A stretch of DNA of 64,000 nt from Flectonema sp. DT1601 (Eukaryota): positions 1,240,001-1,304,000 of the forward strand of contig OZ025794.1 of assembly GCA_964019425.1 (NCBI GenBank), in the 5' to 3' direction. Below, piece after piece: positions 1 to 11,622 of the stretch. Positions within the stretch are counted from its first letter, which is position 1; each line of letters begins with the position of its first letter. The notes beneath the pieces are model-generated. The model did no database searches and was not told where the DNA came from. It worked only from the letters and a program-made list of their open reading frames with translations. Made by a program: the position numbers and the translations under genes.

Positions 1-61
1 ATGATTTGAAAATAATGATTTTCGGTACTATTTTCTTTTTTTTTAATTCTCCTAATTACTA

Positions 62-92
<31 letters not shown>

Positions 93-695
93 TCGGGGGC
101 AGTAACAATTTATTTTGTGCGCAACCTGTTATCTTATCAAAGTAAATAAGTTCAGTTAAGCTGCCACAATTATCTTAATACCGGACAATAGGTTTGTAGG
201 TACAAAAGAACAGGCGAATACTTTTTCCAGATCAATTGTTATTGTGAAATGGTGCGTCTCTTCCTCTCTAAAAGTTGTTTCTGTCATTACGAGGTAATTC
301 CGTTTACGGTATTTGTCTAAGTATTTGTATCCGCCAGTTCGATTCCTCGTTTGCACTATTTTTTTTTTCTTTTTCTCTCAATTTCCAACAACTACAATGT
401 TTTCTTTCTCCTTGTAGTTATTTTTACTAGCTCTTTTACACCTTTGTTTTTTTTTCTTCTTTTTCTACAACATTGATATGCCTCTAATCAGTGAGCCTTA
501 ACAGGGTGCGCCTTGTTTGCTTTTATTCCCAAATAATTACGTTTTGTATTTATTTAATGTTTGCGAAATAAAATCATTGCCCCTTTAGCTCTTTTTTTTT
601 TGACAATTTTCGTCGAGTAAAAAAAAACATAAATTATATTGCTTATTTTTGTTATAGGTTGTGGTCAAAAAAAAAAAGAAAATAAATAAAAAAAA

Positions 696-2354
696 ATGAT
701 TAGCCGGATTCTTGGGAGAGATGCTCCAGCGATCGTAGAGTCTGCTGTGGAACATATTATAACCGTAGCACCACCACCACCACCGAAAACGAGAGTACTT
801 TATATTTCAAAAAATTGGAGAGGTTTGATGCATCATCTTGCAAAGAATTTACGAACAAAAGGAGTCAAACTTAACAAAGAAGAACAAGGTGAGAAATTAG
901 GTAAGGGAATACTAAAAATAGGAAGTTCAATACCGAAAGTTGTCGGAGCAACACTCACAGGAAGAGAACATCAACTTGAAAGGGATTATCATGACTTTGA
1001 TCCGAGGACTATGAAAAAAAAGAAATACACGGAAATAAAAGATCGAGATGAACGAGAAGAGTTCCTCTACGGAATAAAGAAAGAAGACCGATTTATGAAA
1101 CATCTCACTAAAGTATTTGAGAGAAGTGGTTATCGACTTATTCAAAAGGAAGATGTTGCATACGCGCGAGTCCACTCATTTCATCGTTTTCGTTTTGATG
1201 TTAAGTATGCCTGGTTGGATTCTGCTCTCTTTAAAAGAATATTTCACTACTTGAAAATAGAAACTACATCGGTAAATCCACTTGACGATCTCCCCTTCAA
1301 CGGCAACGTTCTAATGTTTGTTCGTGGAGATGGGGAAGTAAGTACTTCTGGTTATTTTTATTTAGATAAGATCGATTCAATAATTCACAGAATATCTGAT
1401 TCATATTACTACCTACTCATGTTAACATTTCCTGTCAGCAGTAGATTCTTCAACCCGGATATTGATGATTGGGCTGCTGCTTACAAAAGTAAGCTGCACC
1501 ATTCAGAATTCATCCCTGATCGTCTTGATGTTGATGATCAGCTGTTACTCTCATGGAGATCAATCAGAACTTTATTAGGATCTTGTACACTTCGAGAAAG
1601 GACATATAAATCCGTTGTCTGTTTGTATAGAAGAAAAAGAACAGCTCAGTCGTTAGACACGAACACCCATTGGAGAACAGGTGGACAGGGGTTTAATGAT
1701 AAAAATATTGAAATTCAACAATACAGTCACGTTCCTGTAACTGATATTCAAATTCTACTTCCTGAAAAGACCGTTAGACAAAAACCAATGGACGTTATTG
1801 GATTGGCTTCAATGGGCGCAGTACTATCGACAATGCTTTTTAAAATGTATGCGATTGGAACTGTTTTTACCATGAGTCAGCTAGCCTTAATAGGAGCATG
1901 CAGTGGTTACACAATGCGATTGGTCAGTAAATGGAGATCAGCACAAGTTCGTTATATGCATTCAGCAGAAACTATGAGAGCAAAGAATCATCTTAGTACT
2001 GGTGCGGTGACGTTGTTAACCGTATTTCAAGGATTAGCAACTCAGATGATTAAGCAAGCATTGTTAGTATATTATTGTTTACTCAGGGCAGACTTAGAAG
2101 GTGTCAGCACCATTTGGTGGGATGCTGCAGAACTTGATTCTCAGGTATATAGAACACTCGCTGAAATGTCACCAAAAGAAGGTGAGAGTTATGTGTACGG
2201 GATCCTACCTACAAAAGCAACTGATGAAAAGGATATTGGAGGGCTTGGTCTCTGGACTTGGAACAGGATTGGAAGTCATCTTGGGCTCCAAGCAAACTCG
2301 TTAGATTGCTCTATTGAAAAATTAAAGGAAAAATGGGTGACAACCCTCGCGTAA
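696..2354 (+). CDS. DUF3754/TMEM143-like membrane protein
   Basis: 552-aa ORF. NIEIQQYSHVPVTDIQILLPEK followed by two hydrophobic segments resembles the DUF3754 core (recalled, not searched). Confidence 0.6.
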   Translation: MISRILGRDAPAIVESAVEHIITVAPPPPPKTRVLYISKNWRGLMHHLAKNLRTKGVKLNKEEQGEKLGKGILKIGSSIPKVVGATLTGREHQLERDYHDFDPRTMKKKKYTEIKDRDEREEFLYGIKKEDRFMKHLTKVFERSGYRLIQKEDVAYARVHSFHRFRFDVKYAWLDSALFKRIFHYLKIETTSVNPLDDLPFNGNVLMFVRGDGEVSTSGYFYLDKIDSIIHRISDSYYYLLMLTFPVSSRFFNPDIDDWAAAYKSKLHHSEFIPDRLDVDDQLLLSWRSIRTLLGSCTLRERTYKSVVCLYRRKRTAQSLDTNTHWRTGGQGFNDKNIEIQQYSHVPVTDIQILLPEKTVRQKPMDVIGLASMGAVLSTMLFKMYAIGTVFTMSQLALIGACSGYTMRLVSKWRSAQVRYMHSAETMRAKNHLSTGAVTLLTVFQGLATQMIKQALLVYYCLLRADLEGVSTIWWDAAELDSQVYRTLAEMSPKEGESYVYGILPTKATDEKDIGGLGLWTWNRIGSHLGLQANSLDCSIEKLKEKWVTTLA

Positions 2355-2564
2355 GCACACTGCTCTGTTAGACGAAGATACTTAGAATTGCTCTCTGTTG
2401 GGGGCTGATTTTGTTGTTATTATTCTTAATCCGGCCCGTATTCTAACTCCTTATTGGGTTTCTATCTTTTTTAACCGAATGAACACCTTTTTTTTCTTTT
2501 TTTTTCTTGACAAAAACTGTTACCGAGGAGACATTGCGATCAACAGAATATACGAGTAAAAGAC

Positions 2565-2595
<31 letters not shown>

Positions 2596-2865
2596 GAAGT
2601 CAATTTTTTAACTTTGAAAAAAAAAAGAAAAAAAGAAGGAAAAAATAGTTCAAACAATTAATGTCTTGCATTGTGCGTTGGGACTTAGTCTTTACACAAA
2701 ACCTTTTTTTTTTTTTTCTTCCGTTTTTCGTTTTTTTGATCAGCTCCTCCTCCTAGCAGTAGCAACTTCGTTAAGGTGTTCATTTTACTGAAGTAATTTC
2801 TTTTTTTTGAGAACAATATCTTGATTGAATTTCTTCCTTTTTTTTCCCCCTTAGAGGTATGGCAC

Positions 2866-3653
2866 ATGGGTACTGACGTATTAGAAAATGCCATCTACGC
2901 TGAATGTGGTGATAAAGTCTCTTCCGAACAGGTTGCGGACACGGAGGCAGCTGTAGACGAAAATGAATCGAACCTCGATGAGTTTATGGACATGTTGATT
3001 CTAATTGTAATCCTCATATCAATGATTGTTTGGTATCTTAGAGACGCACAAAACAAACGTCAATTTGCAAAAGAAAGAGAAGCAATGAGAAAATTACGAG
3101 CGAAGATGACGATCCCTCCAAGAGACGACTGGACAGTCGCAGAACTACAATCATACACTGGAGGACCAGAAGATGACCCGGAACCGATTCTATTCGCTGC
3201 TAAAGGTTGTGTTTATAATGTCTGGCGTGGGAGACACTTCTACGGATGTGAAGGAGCATATCACTGTTTTGCAGGTCGTGATGCAACCACTATGCTCGCT
3301 CTTGAACTTCTTGATGAGCCTACACAAGAACAACAAGACCGACCACTTACAAGAGAAGAAATCAACTTTTTAAACACCTGGATATCAACTTATGAATGGA
3401 AATATGACAACCTTGGAAGCCTAGCTCCAGGTGAGGGGATCTGGGAAAAGGAACCCGAAAAACGAAAACTTTGGGACGAATATGGTGTGTTACTTTTGCG
3501 TTTTTTCATTTGAGAAAAAAAAAAAAAAAAAAATCAATCAAGGAACAAAAAAAAACAGCAAAACAATACACTCCGAGTGCAGTCACTGCTGTTATTGCAA
3601 TTGCTACGGCTACTGGTGTGATTAAACAGGAAGAGATATCTGTTAGTGAGTGA
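2866..3653 (+). CDS. Membrane-associated cytochrome b5-like heme/steroid-binding protein (MAPR/PGRMC family); exons 2866-3484, 3559-3653
   Basis: N-terminal TM helix, then WTVAELQSYTG...KGCVYNVWRGRHFYG..GAYHCFAGRDAT. ATG 2866 follows a pyrimidine tract and AG at 2854. Removing 3485-3558 joins the 2821 and 3471 ORFs in frame (DEYAKQYTP). Confidence 0.85.
3485..3558 (+). other. GT-AG intron, 74 nt
   Basis: GTGTGT...AAAAAAAAACAG; splicing restores the frame. Confidence 0.75.
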
Positions 3654-3995
3654 CACCTCACAAAGTATCATTAAACCTTCCTAAACGCTGCATCCTTTCT
3701 GTTACTGCAGTTGGCGTTCTGATCTCATTTATTACAAACTGATGAGTCAAAACGAATTTATTTTAATTTTTTTTATTGTTTGTTTTGGTCACTATCGATG
3801 TTTAATTGTTTCCTGGCAGACAGCGTGTCCCACCCTTACTAACACGCGATAACTCTTCCAGTTTTTGTAAATTTGAAAATATATTTTTTAAATCTCTTTA
3901 TCTATCTATTCAGGTTCGCTATTATTATCATTACTGAGTGAACACTTGTGAGAAGTAACGGCTACGATGGATACAATTATCTTCTCAGAACATTA

Positions 3996-5357
3996 ATGAC
4001 TTCCACTTACAATAATGATATCCAATCAAGCAGCAACATCCTCGTAATTGGACCTTCCCTCAGCGGTAAGTCCTCTTTCATTCGAACAGCCGTAGAACAA
4101 CAAAAGAAACCTCTTTATGAACTTACTCCAACTGCAATATACGAAACAAAATTCGCCAACGGCGACAGATGTTTATCACCAGGAACAAAGTTATCAGGGG
4201 GAGTAATGCTCATTAGGCATATTGATGTTCTTTTAGAAGATAAGGAACTTTGGGTTCAATTTAATAAAATACTCTCATCAGAGAATCGAACTTGGGCTAT
4301 TGCTTGTACAGCTAAAAGGAAGGAAGTAATTCCGAAGACTATTCTGCAAAAGTTTAATTCTGTTGTGGAAATGCAAATGCCTGATGCTAAGGAGAGATTG
4401 AACTTTTTAAAAACGACAACAGCAACAACATCAGCAGACCTCTCTCTCTCCGAACTGGAATCCATGGCCAACAGATTAGGAGGAGTTGGGTATGGGGATC
4501 TACGAAGTATCCATCAGCATCGATCTGATTCTGTTCCCTGGTCAGTGATAACATCATCAACGTGTTCTATAATGTCACGTCAATACAACATATCGACACC
4601 TCATGTTGTTTGGAATGACATAATCGGTCACACTAACGCAAAACAATCAATCAAAACAGCGTTATCAATTCATTCATTACCACCTGATGTGCTTTCAAAC
4701 TTCGCATTATCACCATGTACTGGTATCCTCTTATATGGTCTTCCTGGTAATGGAAAGACTATGCTTGCGAAGGTGATAGCGACTGAATTACAAAGTGGAT
4801 TTTTATTAGTTTCTATTCCAAGTTTAGTTAAGAGTTATGTAGGAGAGAGTGAGGAAGCTGTCAGGAATTTGTTTAAAGCTGCAAAACAGAATTCTCCTTG
4901 CTGTATCTTTCTTGATGAGGTACAGGCGATATTCGGTGACAGACAAGACTCTCATGGAACTGATCACGACTCAAGACTTGTCTCGCAATTATTAGCAGAG
5001 ATGGATAATCTTCCTTCTTCTGTTACAGTTATCGCAGCGACTAATGTTCCGTCAGCTTTGGACTCTTCAATCCTCTCCCCAGGTAGGCTAGATATGCATA
5101 TTCATGTGAGACCTCCGACTATTTCAGAGCGTATAAAATACATTTCAACATTCCTCCCAACCCATGCTGATGAAATAGGAAATCTAACGGCAGGGTATTC
5201 GTATGCTGACTTGACTGCTCTTAAAAATATTATTCAAATCAACCTCCCTGATGATGATGATGATGAAGACTTTGATATATCGTCTGTAATGTCTTTAACA
5301 CACCCATCTTACTCAAATGATGAGTTGAGTTCAGTTGAGAATTGGATAGCTAGATGA
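3996..5357 (+). CDS. CDC48/AFG2-like AAA+ ATPase (degenerate D1, intact D2)
   Basis: GPSLSGKS in D1. D2 has GILLYGLPGNGKT, Walker B IFLDE, VIAATN and PGRLD. First in-frame ATG is 3996. Confidence 0.85.
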   Translation: MTSTYNNDIQSSSNILVIGPSLSGKSSFIRTAVEQQKKPLYELTPTAIYETKFANGDRCLSPGTKLSGGVMLIRHIDVLLEDKELWVQFNKILSSENRTWAIACTAKRKEVIPKTILQKFNSVVEMQMPDAKERLNFLKTTTATTSADLSLSELESMANRLGGVGYGDLRSIHQHRSDSVPWSVITSSTCSIMSRQYNISTPHVVWNDIIGHTNAKQSIKTALSIHSLPPDVLSNFALSPCTGILLYGLPGNGKTMLAKVIATELQSGFLLVSIPSLVKSYVGESEEAVRNLFKAAKQNSPCCIFLDEVQAIFGDRQDSHGTDHDSRLVSQLLAEMDNLPSSVTVIAATNVPSALDSSILSPGRLDMHIHVRPPTISERIKYISTFLPTHADEIGNLTAGYSYADLTALKNIIQINLPDDDDDEDFDISSVMSLTHPSYSNDELSSVENWIAR

Positions 5358-5591
5358 TCAAAATGATTCATAATAAAGTAACTAACTGATACGGTGATCC
5401 CAAAGAGGACTTTAATGTGTTGACAACGATCCTGATCAAGAAAGTGATTTCTTTGCATTTTATAGATTGCAATAATATTATGTGTTGTGTGTTGTGGAGA
5501 TTAAATTAAGAATCATCCATCTCTTCCTTTCCCTAATCAGTAATACATACCATGAGGTAATATAAAAAAAAAAACAAAACAAACAAAAGAC

Positions 5592-6383
5592 ATGACGATC
5601 GACAAGACGGGCATGTCAGTCAAACAAATGACAAGACTTTCTAAAGGCACTCGTTATATGATTATCGATTCTACAGAGACATCGTTATTGACGAGTTGTG
5701 GAGCGGAGTTGGATTTTGCTGGAGGAGCACCAAGGGTAATATTTCACGTTGAAAGTGATGAGGAAGACGATCGCTATATTGCGTCCCCGAGACCAGTTCT
5801 GTTGGGTAAAAAAGATGAAGAAAAAGAACCAATGTTCCCGTTTTCAATAAAAGTAATATCAAAACAACCGAGGCTTTGGAGACGAAACCTTCAAGACTTT
5901 CGAATGCGATTACACTACGCTGAGCACTTTCAAATTAAAATAATGACAGCGACAATGAGAGCATTACTATATTGGGTCTTCACAATGTGCCCATTATTGA
6001 AAGGTCGATCAGGTGGTAGGGACATTATGAGATTAATTGCTACTTTCTTACCTCCGTCTAGAAAGAGAAAAATCTTTGCTTATCCAGTTGTTAACCCTAT
6101 GGAGATTGGTGAATATAAAGGACTTTCTTTGTTAGAACGTCGGTCACCGTCACCTAAACCGGTTGGGAAAAAAATAGCAAAACAGCCTCCCCGAACACCT
6201 AGTGTCACTCCTGTTGGAAAACCAACCGTTTCTAGGTCTGTCTCACCAGTTCCTGTTCGACCGTTGGAAAAGAGATTACGGAAGAAAAGAGTTCTTAAAA
6301 AAGAAAAATTAAAATTAAAACAAAATTCTAAAACGCAAGAACTGAACTCACCGAGACCGATAGCATCGAAATGGAGGCCTTAG
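5592..6383 (+). CDS. Hypothetical protein with basic, Pro/Ser-rich C-terminus
   Basis: 263-aa ATG ORF with coding-like composition; no family recognised. Confidence 0.65.
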   Translation: MTIDKTGMSVKQMTRLSKGTRYMIIDSTETSLLTSCGAELDFAGGAPRVIFHVESDEEDDRYIASPRPVLLGKKDEEKEPMFPFSIKVISKQPRLWRRNLQDFRMRLHYAEHFQIKIMTATMRALLYWVFTMCPLLKGRSGGRDIMRLIATFLPPSRKRKIFAYPVVNPMEIGEYKGLSLLERRSPSPKPVGKKIAKQPPRTPSVTPVGKPTVSRSVSPVPVRPLEKRLRKKRVLKKEKLKLKQNSKTQELNSPRPIASKWRP

Positions 6384-6816
6384 CGATTAGTAAAAGCAAA
6401 GCTATTTACTCTTATCACACACTTTACACACCCAATGTGAGATATTTCTTTTGATCTACTTTCATTTAATCTAAAATAGCGACAACCGTCTCTACCTACT
6501 GCTATGTACAAATAATCTAATACTGCACCTGAGGAGGGTGTGCTGTTTTTTTTTTTTTCCCCTGCATCTATTTTTTTTTTTTTTTTTTTAAATTTGTCTA
6601 AATTTGTCTATGTGAGCCTTTGTGACATTGTTGCACCAAGACTATAGCGTGAATAATAAAAAAAAAAAAAAAGTTCTTGAGGCCACTAAATATATTTGTC
6701 TTTGTCTTTTATGATACAGTACAACTTTATTAATAAGCACAGCCGTTATTATCAAAAAATAACACAAGTGGGATTAGAAAAAGAGAAGACTACCCTTTCC
6801 CTGTTTGTGGTATAAA

Positions 6817-7004
6817 GGTACGTTATCTTCTGGTCAATAAGAAAAATATTTCTCTTTTTATGTTTTCTTTTTAAACGCACCTTTTTTTCTTTGACTTAAC
6901 AACTGCGAATCTTTTTGTTTCAGTGAAGTACTTAAATACCTTAAAGTTGTTACTGTTTTTTTTTTTTTTTTTTTTTTTTTTTACATTGTTGAAATTTCAC
7001 CCTC
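6817..7004 (+). repeat. Dispersed intergenic repeat family B, copy 1 (internal poly-T expansion)
   Basis: Aligns by eye with 45696-45904: TTCTGGTCAATA...TAAACGYACCTTT...TTAACAACT...TAAAGTTGTTACTGTTT...TTTCA(G)CCCTC. Confidence 0.8.
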
Positions 7005-7845
7005 TGTTGGTGCGGTAGTAGAGCTTCTCTCAATTTACATCGAGTGAAAAAAAACCTGGCAGAGTGAACTGGAATGAGCAAGGGAAAAACAATAAATATT
7101 CTGGTCAGAAAAGCAGTTTTTTTTTTTTTTTTAAATTTAGTTGCCTTCGAACGCTGTACCTTAGAAGTTGATTTCCTTGGGAAGCTTTCACTGCGATATG
7201 ACTACCTGAATGTTAATCGCAAGCAAATAATTTAAAAAAAAAAAAAAAAAAGAATTGGAAGCCAACTTCACTTTTTACTCAGCACTTGTGTTGTTTGTGC
7301 GCAGCCGTCACAAAATCCTATAAACGAGTTGGTTAGTAACGCTAATACAGTTCTCTTTATACTGAACAATATACAAAACAAACAAACAACAACAACACCA
7401 TAGAATACAATGGGCTCACTCATCTTCTTCTTAACGAGGACTGTCGGGTATCTATCTGTAGTTCGGTACTCACGCGGACTGATTTAGACCTGAGCCACTT
7501 TCACTTTCTGTTGTAGAGATTTCTTCCCTTTCTGGTTATTATTATTATGTGTTCTATTCTTTTTATTTTCCACATCCCTTTCCCTCCCCTTTTTCATTCA
7601 TCCCAGTTAATTAAACCTGTGATTTGGTTTTATTCATAAAACTGAAATACCAAAGGAGGAAATAATATTTTTATTGCCCCCCAAACAGGAATGATCCGTG
7701 GCTTTGTTGTTGTGTTATCGCATAAATTATTTCTTAAAAAGAAAAATAATTTTTTTTTCATTCTTCACCAGATATAAAGCAAAAAAAAAAAAAAAAAAAA
7801 AAGGAACGGGAGAAACAAAAAACCCAAATCCGCAACACTAAATTA

Positions 7846-10645
7846 ATGTCTCGTTACAATGCAGGAGGGATGACTTCTCCAGCAGCTTATCCTCCGAATG
7901 GGTCGGTGAGATCGTTTTCTCACTCACCTGGACCGATGAGTCCTCCACCAGTTGGAAGTGGAGGTCGTGGTATTCTACCTGATAGTTGGCCTCATGATCA
8001 AGGACTGATTAGTAGTTCTTTAGGAAGACAGAGTCCTCCTCAAGTTATTGACAGTGAGTACGCAAAGGTTCAGGCAGAACGTGCATCATTAGAAGTTCAA
8101 CTACACAGCGCTGACACCCGTCTTCGTGAAGCCAGTACTAGAGAAACTTGTCTCGTTAATCAACTTCAGAGAGAAAGATCTCAACACACTCAAACAGTTC
8201 AGGTCTTTTTAGATACTTTTAGGGAACTTTGTTCTTCTACTATTATCCCACAGGCAGTTCCAACTCCAGAAAAGGCGACTACACTCTCTGTGTCAGTTAT
8301 CAATGAGTTGAATAACAACCTTCAGGATAGTGACTTGGCTGCAGACTCTGCTCGTGTTGCCGTAAAGAAGGTCGAAGAACTGACTGTTGCAATCCGTGAC
8401 AGGGATATTTGTATTGCAACTTTAGAGCACAAAATAGCACAGCAACGTGACTTTGATTCACAGAAGGCTGCAGCAGTAGAACAACAAATTCAAATACTTC
8501 TTCAGACGGTCAACTCAAAGAGTGACACATCATTCGTTGCAGAACCTTCTCAAAGAACAGGTGAGAATATTGATGATTCTCTTTTGAACTGGGTCGACAC
8601 TTCGAATAACACACTTCCTAAGGAGTCTCCAATTGAACCAACTCCGCAGCCGCTGATGTCACCTGCGCGTGAACGGTCTCCTTACAACTCTCACCCACGG
8701 CAGATTAAAACACCTGCTTATGCAACCAACTCGAAAAACAACAATCCAACTCCCGTTACTCATGGTGATCGTGAAGGTGACTGGCCTGGATCTCCTCGTC
8801 GTGAAGTAGAAGAGACTCTTAATCAAACCCTTCCAGAGGAATTCCCTCCTTCACCAAGAAGACAAGTTCCTAATGAACAACCAGAACATGGTAAAGACTG
8901 GAGAATGGCTGGAGAGGAATGGCCACCAAGTCCAAGAAGAGTCGACACCGAGTCGTACCCTTCACCTGATCGTCTTCGTGAGACTTCAACAATGGAACCA
9001 AAGAATTGGGGAAATGACACTGAAGAATGGCCTCCATCACCACAGCGAGTGAGGGAATCACAGACTGAAGAACGCCAACAGCCAACAGCAACAGCAGCAG
9101 GTTCAGAATGGCCTCCATCACCACAAAGAGTTAGAGGAGCACCTGAACCTGAAGAGGCAATAACAGCTGGTGAGGAATGGCCACCTTCTCCTCAAAGACA
9201 TCGTGAACCTGTTGAGGAAACCTGTCCAGCTCCAACATACGCTGAGGAGAACAAAGAGTGGCCACCATCGCCTCAACGTCAGCGTGGGGGTGCTCCACCA
9301 GCCCAAGAAGGAGAGGCCAAGGAGTGGCCACCTTCACCACAGAGACAACGTGGTGTGGCTCCGAGTGAACAAAATGAAACGAATGAAAACTGGCAACCCA
9401 GCCCAAGGCGTGAAAGGAATGCCGACACTGAGACGTACGCTAATGGAGCACCAAAGGTTAACAATTCAAATAACACCTGTGATCCGGATACACCAGTTCA
9501 GGTTTGTTTTATTTATTTAACTAAACAGAAAAATTAACAACAAATAATCTTATCCAACCAACACTAGGCTGTGAACATCACTCAAACACCATCCTCAGCT
9601 ACCGAGCCAACAGCTACTCCCGTAGAAGATGTGTGTACACACCTTTTGTTATTTTTAACATCATATGATTTTATTTTTATCAACCTTATCGTTTTTTTAT
9701 TTATTTGATGTGACACTCCAGTGGAGTTGAGTAAAGTTATCCTTAATTTTAAGTTTTTTAAAAATAAAATAAAAAAAACAGGCTTCTCAAAACACGATTT
9801 CTCCGCAGAGATTGGAATGGCCAGCAACGTCAAGCCCAAAGGAAAAGTTAGACCGTTCAGCTTCTGGTGAGTTAGGTGATCGCAGAAGATCTGTTGGATT
9901 CGCAGGAGTTCCAGAACACGACCATCATGGTAATATTTTATTATCTGCTGCAAAGAAAAAGATTGCATTGCTTGAGAGAGAGGTGTCAAGTTTGAAAGGA
10001 GAACCACCAATGACTAGAGACCTTCTCGAATGGGCCGAAAGAACCTTCGCTGACGTCGACTCTCTTTGTCAAAAAGATGGTTCGATCTCAAAAGAAGAAC
10101 TTGGTAGAGTTCTCGGTGAGGAAAGATTGGCAGCTAAAATCTTATTTCACGAACTCGATGAAAACCATTCAGGTGAGATCGACGTAGAGGAATGGATTCA
10201 CTGGTTTGAGAGACTAAACCGTAAAGATGGAGCTGGTAACATGCTTCAATGGATTGAAGAAAGATTAGACACAACAAAAAAGACCAAAAAAATTGGATTT
10301 TCAGTCGAGTCGACTGTCACATTAGAACCTGACGTCGAAGCAAGAATTGGAGCAGCCTTTGACGTAACTGTTGGTCTCCTAGAGAAAGATGGACCTGCAA
10401 CAGCCTTCTTCAAAAGTCATTTAGAAGAAAAGTGGGGACCACTTCCTCACCTTCAAGAAAACCAAGACGGAGCTGTAAGATGCTCTGAGTGGTTAGCATG
10501 GTTTGAAGGAGTCCAACGTCATGGTCAAAGTGCTGAGGAATTAATTTCCTGGGTGGAGAGTAAACTTCAATGTGCTACTGATGAAGAAAAAACGAAACAA
10601 ACTCCAACATCAGAAACCCCTTCCGCAACTGAAGAGGAGGAATAG
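7846..10645 (+). CDS. Coiled-coil / EWPPSPQR-repeat / EF-hand protein; exons 7846-9501, 9568-9630, 9782-10645
   Basis: Two phase-0 introns join the 563-aa and 277-aa ORFs through a 63-nt exon. EF-hands DSLCQKDGSISKEE and DENHSGEIDVEEW. Confidence 0.8.
9502..9567 (+). other. GT-AG intron, 66 nt
   Basis: GTTTGT...CCAACCAACACTAG; contains the stop of the upstream ORF. Confidence 0.7.
9631..9781 (+). other. GT-AG intron, 151 nt
   Basis: GTGTGT...AAATAAAAAAAACAG; the next exon is in frame with ORF 9812. Confidence 0.75.
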
Positions 10646-11622
10646 CCTTCCACTAGATACACTTTGTTCTCTAATCCCCATTCCCCGTTTTTAGATATTA
10701 AAAAAAAAAAAAAAAAAAGGCATTCAAAACAGACTACTACCGACCTGCCATTAATTTGGTAAAAAAAAAAAAAAAAAAAGAATCAATCGTAAAGTGTAGA
10801 TTTATCCGAAGTATGAGATTTTCCCCCTCAGCCAATCTTTTTTACCATTCTCATTGTATCGAACAGCAAATTATAGTTATTCACGTGATTGATATTTGAC
10901 ATTGTGCAGTATGGGCATCAGGTTTGATCAATTGCTTCTATATTTTCTTTTGTTCCATTCCTCCATAGAAATCGCCTTTCACTACCCCTCTTGACATTTT
11001 TTTTTATTTTTTTCTGTCCTCTCTCGTTCTCCGGGTAACTGATTAGGGAGGACTGTGTGTGTGAGTTTTTTTTTTTTTTTTTTTTGCATCTTGGACATGT
11101 AGGGTAGAGTTATACTCCATCCCACGGGGAGAGGAGTAGACTTTTAAAAAAAACAAAAAAAAACAAAAAAAAAGACAATTCCCTAGAGTGAGAGTATTAT
11201 TGTGACGCTTTTCACCTGTCTTTGCAAAGCAAATGAGGGGTAGCGGTTTAGAGTTGCCCCAGTGCATAGCGATTCTCACCTTCTAAAAGAGCTTTAATAG
11301 TATGTTAGGGTTGCCAACCGAACGTCTTCTCTACATTCTCCCCAATTTTATTTTTCGTGTGTTGTGTTTTTTTTCCTTCTTTTCTCTTTTTTTTTTTCCC
11401 GCAGAGTGATTCTTTTCACTCAGGTTTAAAAAAAAAAATAAATAAAAACGTGTCGTTCTTTGTGGAAGATTTTGTTTGGATTTTAATTTAAAGTTGTGTG
11501 AGGCATATTTTATTTATTCATACTGACAGAATTAGAATGATATCACAGAGGGAAGTTTTCACTTTCTTAGTTAAATATTATTTTTATGAATTTATTACTT
11601 TGTCAGGCTATCCCTAGTCGGA

